Shown: positions 59,226 through 64,000 of the stretch, one piece after another
How the letters are laid out: every line of letters begins with the position of its first letter
How positions within the stretch are numbered: the stretch's first letter is position 1
NCBI GenBank assembly: GCA_041390285.1
Contig: JAWKQD010000001.1
Location: forward strand, 152,839-216,838
Length of the DNA stretch: 64,000 nucleotides
DNA from: Thermodesulfobacteriota bacterium
GTDB taxonomy: Bacteria > Desulfobacterota_D > UBA1144 > Nemesobacterales > UBA2774
Direction of reading: 5' to 3'
Program-made: the position numbers and the translations under genes
Notes under the pieces: model-generated
Seen by the model: the letters and a program-made list of their open reading frames with translations, nothing else
Database searches by the model: none
Told to the model about the DNA's origin: nothing

Positions 59226-60300
59226 ATGGCGAAGTCGCCGAAGACAAAATCGAAGGGTAAATCGCGCGCCAAGGCGCCCGCGCTTAATTTCACGTACGAT
59301 CTGGAAGGGCAGAAACCCGCGGTCTGGAAAGCGGGAAATTCGAAGGAGGTTTCCGTGAGGGAGCTTCCGATATCGAAGGGCGTCGCAGGGGTTTCGATGC
59401 GGCTCAAGCCGGGCGGCATCAGGGAGCTTCACTGGCACGCCATAGCGGCGGAGTGGGGCTTTTTCATAACGGGGAAGGGGCGCGTTACGGTAGTCAACCC
59501 GGCGGGCGAGTGGGACACGCAGGAGTACGGGCCCGGGGATATATTCTTCGTCCCCCAGGGATACGCACATTACATAGAAAATATCGGCGCGGACGAATGT
59601 CATTTTCTGCTCGCGTTCAATAACGGCGCTTTTAACGAGTTCAGCACGTTCAGCATCACCGAATGGATAGCGCAGACGCCGAGAGACGTTCTCATAAAGA
59701 ACTTCGGCCTGCCCGCGGACGTCTTCGAGAAGTTTCCGAAGAAAGAGGTATACATGGCGCTCGGCACGCCGCCCGGGAGGAGATCTTCGCAGAGCGGGAT
59801 AAACTCGTCACGCCGGCCCGGAGCCACAAGTTCCGCCTGAGGGGCTCAGGAGGGAGGGTGTATTCCGGGGGCACGTGAAAATGGCGACCATAGACAACTT
59901 CCCGGCATCGGACGTGATGGCGGGGGCGCTTATGACGCTCAAGCCCGGCGCCCTGAGGGAGATGCACTGGCATCCTAACTCAAACGAGTGGGGATACGTC
60001 TTAAGCGGCACGGTAAGTATCACGCTGTTCGCCGCGGACGCGGGATCGACCACGCAGAAGGTAAAAGCGGGCGGGGTCTTCTATATACCGATGGGCTGCG
60101 GGCATTATCTGGAGAACGTCGGGAAAGATGAGGTGGAGATGCTGCTCGTGTTCGATAACGGCGTTTACGAGGAAATCAGCATTTCAGAGTGGATAGCGGA
60201 TACCCCTGTGGACGTCGCGGCCACTGTGTTCGGCGTCCCCGAGAAGACCATTAAAGAATTCCCGGAAAGCGAGGTATTCATATCGGGCGGGAAGGGCTGA
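59226..60300 (+). pseudogene. Bicupin of the oxalate decarboxylase/oxidase family, two frameshifts near 59780 and 59875
   Basis: Cupin 1 (PGGIRELHWHAIAAEWGFFITGKG...) is in ORF 59226..59840. The linker (SHKFRLRGSGGRVYSGGT) is in ORF 59663..59878. Cupin 2 (PGALREMHWHPNSNEWGYVLSGT...) is in ORF 59875..60300. Confidence 0.75.
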
Positions 60301-60344
60301 CGCCGAAAACCCGGGGCAACTGCCGGCCCCCAAAAGCCGCCGCA

Positions 60345-60884
60345 TCAGGGACGGCTTATTTCGTACCAGATGTTTTTCTGGTAGCCCTGCGAGTCTACTT
60401 CGGAGAGCTGCTTTCCGGCGACGGGAGTCGTGCCGTCGCATTTCCAGTCGTAGACGGTCGAATGGCCGGTTACGTACATGGGGATGAAATCGGAGCCCGC
60501 GTTTTCCTTACAGTACTCGTTCATGCCTTCGGTCGGCTCCTTACCGACGTCGGCCTTCGATTCGCAGGGGAGGTTGGCCCCGACGTTACACGCATAGACC
60601 TTGCCGTCCATGCATCTCCAGTAGGTTCCCTTCATGAAAATATCGAGCGGAGTGGAGTCCGGGGAGCCGAATGCCTTCTTAAGCCCCCTGGCTACAGACT
60701 CTGGCACACCGGGCCCTGTGTAATCAGCGCCCGGGGAGTCTACGGTGCCCACGGCCTCGCAATAGGCGAACGGGTTTTCGAAGGTTTTGCCGGCCTCGGA
60801 GGATTTGTCTTCGGCTGTGCACGAGACGGCAGCCAATACGAGAACAGAGGGAACGATAAGCATAAAGATCGGGAATTTTTTCAT
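60345..60884 (-). CDS. Secreted/lipoprotein of unknown function
   Basis: MKKFPIFMLIVPSVLVLAAVSC signal with a possible lipobox. Intact 179-aa ORF with several Cys. Confidence 0.55.
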   Translation of the reverse strand: MKKFPIFMLIVPSVLVLAAVSCTAEDKSSEAGKTFENPFAYCEAVGTVDSPGADYTGPGVPESVARGLKKAFGSPDSTPLDIFMKGTYWRCMDGKVYACNVGANLPCESKADVGKEPTEGMNEYCKENAGSDFIPMYVTGHSTVYDWKCDGTTPVAGKQLSEVDSQGYQKNIWYEISRP

Positions 60885-61054
60885 TTCGATATCCTCCGGG
60901 CGCAGCCGCTCTAACGTTTTTTAACAGGAGCCGGAACGCATAGAAAATTATATAGCATGGATGATTTTAATAATACCGCATTTTAGAGACCGGAAGGCTG
61001 TGGTTGCAGCCGTCGGAACTTAGTGTAATTTAGTTATATATCTGAAGGCTCTTC

Positions 61055-61991
61055 ATGATTAGCTCGATTCCTCTCAGCTGGTACAGAAACCGGAAAACCT
61101 CGATAACGCTAAGGAGCGTTCCGCTCCCGCTCTCGAATGTGGATTGGATCTACACAGGGGGTGTGCCGCTTGAAAGCTCGTTCGAAGAGATATACGACGA
61201 GCTGGTCTCGAAGTTCAGAAGCGGGTTCCTCATAAGGGGATGCTCCCCCGAGATAGCGGATTACCTCGAACAGAGCGGGTGCGAGGCTGTAGTTTCGGGC
61301 TCGGAGGCGGTGGTCCGCATAGAAGGCTGGAGGCCAGGGGCGTCGCTGCGCGAGCTTTCGCGGCGCGGCCTCAAGCTGGGAAGGGTGGAGGAGATCGCAT
61401 ATTCACCGGAGAATATGAAGAGGCTCGAAGCGCTGAGGGGCCGCACTCCTACGGCGGGAAGCCGCTGCTTAAATATCTCTTCCGGACGGGTTACGACGAG
61501 GACATGAGGTGCTTCGTTCATTCGGGCGGGGACGGACGGTGGCTAGGGGCCGTGACTGTCTCGAAGACCGGGCCCGACGCGGCGCACGTCGAGACGATGC
61601 TGAGGTCGGCGCAGTCTCCCGTCGGCGTGATGGAGTCGCTTTTCGTACACGTCATAGGCGCGCTCGGCGAGGGCGGTTACAGGGAGCTCAGCCTTGGGGA
61701 GGTTCCGTTCGTGCGCTCGGAAGGGGCCGCCGATATGCCGTCACTCAAGGAGAGGTTCCTTTTCGGCTCGGGGCATTTTTTGAAGTTCGCCTACGACTAC
61801 AAGAGCCTTTCAGGTTTAAGGATAAGTTCAATCCTGCCTGGAGGCCGGTATACATGTGCGGGGACAGCTCCGTTTCGTTCCGGGCGCTCGCGGACATGTT
61901 TATAAAAACCGGATACTGCAGCCTTTCGGGCTCGGAGCTGGTGTCGGGTTTTAAGAGCCTTGCATTAATTCCTTTCAAAAGCCGTTCCTGA
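61055..61991 (+). pseudogene. Stand-alone DUF2156 (MprF C-terminal, aminoacyl-phosphatidylglycerol synthase-like) protein, two frameshifts
   Basis: Pieces are in ORFs 61055..61507, 61240..61905 and 61509..61991. The C-terminal FRFKDKFNPAWRPVYMC is characteristic of the DUF2156 family (from memory). Confidence 0.6.
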
Positions 61992-62101
61992 ATTCTCACT
62001 GAGATATATCCTCTTTCTTAATTAACAAAATCCATTGACACGGCATCATTTTCGGCGCTATTTTTAGGAATCCAATCCCCATTCTCGAAAAGGAAAAGTG
62101 T

Positions 62102-64000
62102 ATGAAGATGAAGCCGGCCGGTATATGGTTGTGTTTATTGTGCCTGTTCTCTCTCGTAGTGTTGTCCTGCGATGACGATAACAACCGGAGCGCCGACAAT
62201 CCGCTTCCTCCGGACCCGAATGAATGGGCTTGCGAAAGCCCTCCTCCTCCGCAGGCCGACATAGACGCGCTTTGCGCGTCGGCTTCGGGCTTCGGCCTGC
62301 CCGCTCCGGATTATTTAAGGAGCCCGGTTCCGATAGATCTACTCGACGATAAGAATATATACGACTTAGATATGCGCGATTTCCTCCGCGTGAGGGGGTA
62401 CGTAAACGAGCTCGGCTGGCTGGGCGATCTCACCTGGCGTATTACAGGACCTTACGTCGGCCCGATCGGAAACGGTCAATCGTACGGTGTGCACCCTGCC
62501 GTGAAGATCTACTATTCCCCGGAAATGATGGAATGGCTCTGCGGCGGACGGCAGGGCGAGGTGCCGGACGGCTCGATAATCGTAAAGGAGATGCACTCCA
62601 TAAACGACGAGCTAGAGATTACGATTGATTCCGAGGGATGCATGGTGATAAACGCCGACGTCCTTCCCACATCGTGGACGGTTATGGTAAAGCAAAACGG
62701 CGCGTCGCACGACGGCTGGTACTGGGCTAACTATACGGAGGCTGCGGACCCCCAGGAGTACTTTTGGCAGTCGGGGAATCCGCCGATATTCGACCGCTCC
62801 GCTGTAACGAATATAGAGTTCTTCGGGGGGATGACCGTGCCCGTCGAGCCTAACCCGCTCTGGTACCCGACGGGATATCTATTCGAGAGCAAAACCAAAT
62901 TACCGGACATAGTCCCCGCGTTCAGCAGCTACGGGAATAGCTGTATTAATTGTCACGCTTCCGCAGAGGCGGAATCGACGTTCATATCGCTCGATAATCT
63001 CCTTACCCCCGGGCTCAGGTATAAGCACTACGACAGCGCGCAGGTCGAAAACCCGCATGACGATTCGCCGCACGTTCCGGGAAAGTTTATAGCGGTTAAC
63101 GCGTACACCGCGCCGAGAGCGGACGGAGAGGTCGATAGCTACGTCTCCCCGTTTTCGACGGCGCTTAAAGTGCCGAACCCCGACTTCATCGAATTTTACA
63201 ATCAGCTGGCGGAGATCAGCTTCAGCGAAGTCTGGGACCTCCGTTTGCCGGCAGAGACGTACGACCATGTACTGCCGGGGCCGGGAGCGGCCGACGGTTT
63301 CATAACGTCGGACCAGTGCATTGCGTGTCACGATGCGACTATCTCGAACTCGTCCTTACCCAACATGATTTTCCAGGAGTCGGGACCGGACGGGACGGAG
63401 AATATCAACCTTTCGCCGTACGGCGAATGGAAGGCGTCGCCCATGGGCCTTGCGGGGAGGGACCCCGTTTTCTTCTCGCAGCTGGAGAGCGAGACGAATC
63501 ATCTCCCCGAACTAACTGAGTGCATTGAAAACACATGCCTTCACTGTCACGGGGTAATGGGACAGCGTCAGCTCGCAACCGATACCGAAGGGGAGTTCGA
63601 CGACAGGTGCAAGGACCTTTTCGTTATCCCCCCGCCGGAGGAAGTGCCTTTCGGAAGGCCGTTCAGGCTGGATATGGTCAAGCAGTGGCCGAATTCTGAA
63701 GACAATACTTTCCAGAAATACGCGGGCCTTGCGAGGGACGGCATTTCCTGCACGGTCTGTCATCGTATTTCCGATACGGACCTTGGGGACGAGTCGTCGT
63801 TTACTGGGAATTTCGTCACCGGGCCTCCGGATGAGGTGTACGGCCCGTACGAGGATTCGACGATAATCCCGCTGCCCATGGAGAACGCGATAGGGGTCAC
63901 GCCCAGGTTCTCGGCCCATTTCAAGAGCAGGGACGCGGCGAGCTCGGACCTGTGCGGAACCTGCCATAACATACTGCTCCCGGTTATAAGCAACGAGGGA
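62102..64000 (+). CDS. Multiheme c-type cytochrome lipoprotein with a P460-like N-terminal domain (partial, runs off the window)
   Basis: Not in the ORF track because it has no stop. I translated 633 codons from ATG 62102 without a stop. Lipobox VVLSC. Five CXXCH motifs (CINCH, CIACH, CLHCH, CTVCH, CGTCH). N-domain IIVKEMH...TVMVKQNGASHDGWYWANY. Confidence 0.75.
   Translation, partial: MKMKPAGIWLCLLCLFSLVVLSCDDDNNRSADNPLPPDPNEWACESPPPPQADIDALCASASGFGLPAPDYLRSPVPIDLLDDKNIYDLDMRDFLRVRGYVNELGWLGDLTWRITGPYVGPIGNGQSYGVHPAVKIYYSPEMMEWLCGGRQGEVPDGSIIVKEMHSINDELEITIDSEGCMVINADVLPTSWTVMVKQNGASHDGWYWANYTEAADPQEYFWQSGNPPIFDRSAVTNIEFFGGMTVPVEPNPLWYPTGYLFESKTKLPDIVPAFSSYGNSCINCHASAEAESTFISLDNLLTPGLRYKHYDSAQVENPHDDSPHVPGKFIAVNAYTAPRADGEVDSYVSPFSTALKVPNPDFIEFYNQLAEISFSEVWDLRLPAETYDHVLPGPGAADGFITSDQCIACHDATISNSSLPNMIFQESGPDGTENINLSPYGEWKASPMGLAGRDPVFFSQLESETNHLPELTECIENTCLHCHGVMGQRQLATDTEGEFDDRCKDLFVIPPPEEVPFGRPFRLDMVKQWPNSEDNTFQKYAGLARDGISCTVCHRISDTDLGDESSFTGNFVTGPPDEVYGPYEDSTIIPLPMENAIGVTPRFSAHFKSRDAASSDLCGTCHNILLPVISNEG

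Noticed and set aside
1-64000. tRNA, rRNA, tmRNA or riboswitch elements
   Set aside because: I found no T-loop/acceptor-type sequence in intergenic regions. The mgtE leader (48270-48368) is too short for an M-box. This was by eye only, so a covariance-model scan could still find small RNAs.

Overview
64-kb chromosomal window from a fairly GC-rich diderm bacterium (lipoprotein signals, a beta-barrel OMP, an IPTL-CTERM sorting tail), probably a draft or uncultured-lineage assembly. I found no rRNA, tRNA, CRISPR array, transposase or integrase. Left to right: (1) a secreted/envelope accessory block: HAD phosphatase, minimal K+ channel, cupin, 22-Cys secreted protein, DUF2147, AraC regulator, SYLF lipoprotein, DUF1254/DUF1214 protein, arylsulfatase, OMP. 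(2) An octaheme cytochrome c-TPR fusion followed by two tandem LssY-like lipoproteins. (3) A GNAT gene and a PAS histidine kinase / sigma-54 activator pair. (4) A complete minus-strand cbb3 oxidase cluster, ccoI-ccoS-ccoNO(fused)-ccoQ-like-ccoP-ccoG. (5) Small housekeeping and accessory genes: GNATs, MarC, Tat-exported DAO-like flavoprotein, methyltransferase, STAS/DUF3478, P2-type ATPase, tandem Usp. (6) ychF-pyrD, then a low-GC insert bounded by a duplicated pyrD 3' end and a patch of REP-like repeats, then argJ-recO. (7) A Pro/Ala-rich secreted protein with a paralog 12 kb upstream, then mgtE. (8) A futalosine-type late menaquinone cluster: UbiA/UbiX/UbiD homologs plus an MqnC/E-type radical SAM enzyme. 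(9) A lower-GC block with a Cys-rich small protein, an unassigned cytoplasmic protein with an Ntn-hydrolase-like N-terminus, and a seven-repeat IPTL-CTERM protein. (10) A DksA/TraR gene with a STAS / RR-PP2C / RsbW-like partner-switching module. (11) A bicupin, a DUF2156 protein and a partial P460-like multiheme lipoprotein that runs off the window end and is absent from the ORF track because it has no stop. About sixteen recognisable genes are broken by frameshifts. Wherever I traced the direction, each shift is consistent with single-base losses, several of them in short homopolymer runs, so I suspect consensus errors rather than decay. These genes are reported as single disrupted genes, not fragments. 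No canonical defence or mobile system is visible. The best candidates for something undescribed are the Cys-rich peptide / Ntn-like / IPTL-CTERM block, the OMP-octaheme-LssY block, and the shared operator-like motif linking the AraC gene to the sulfatase locus.
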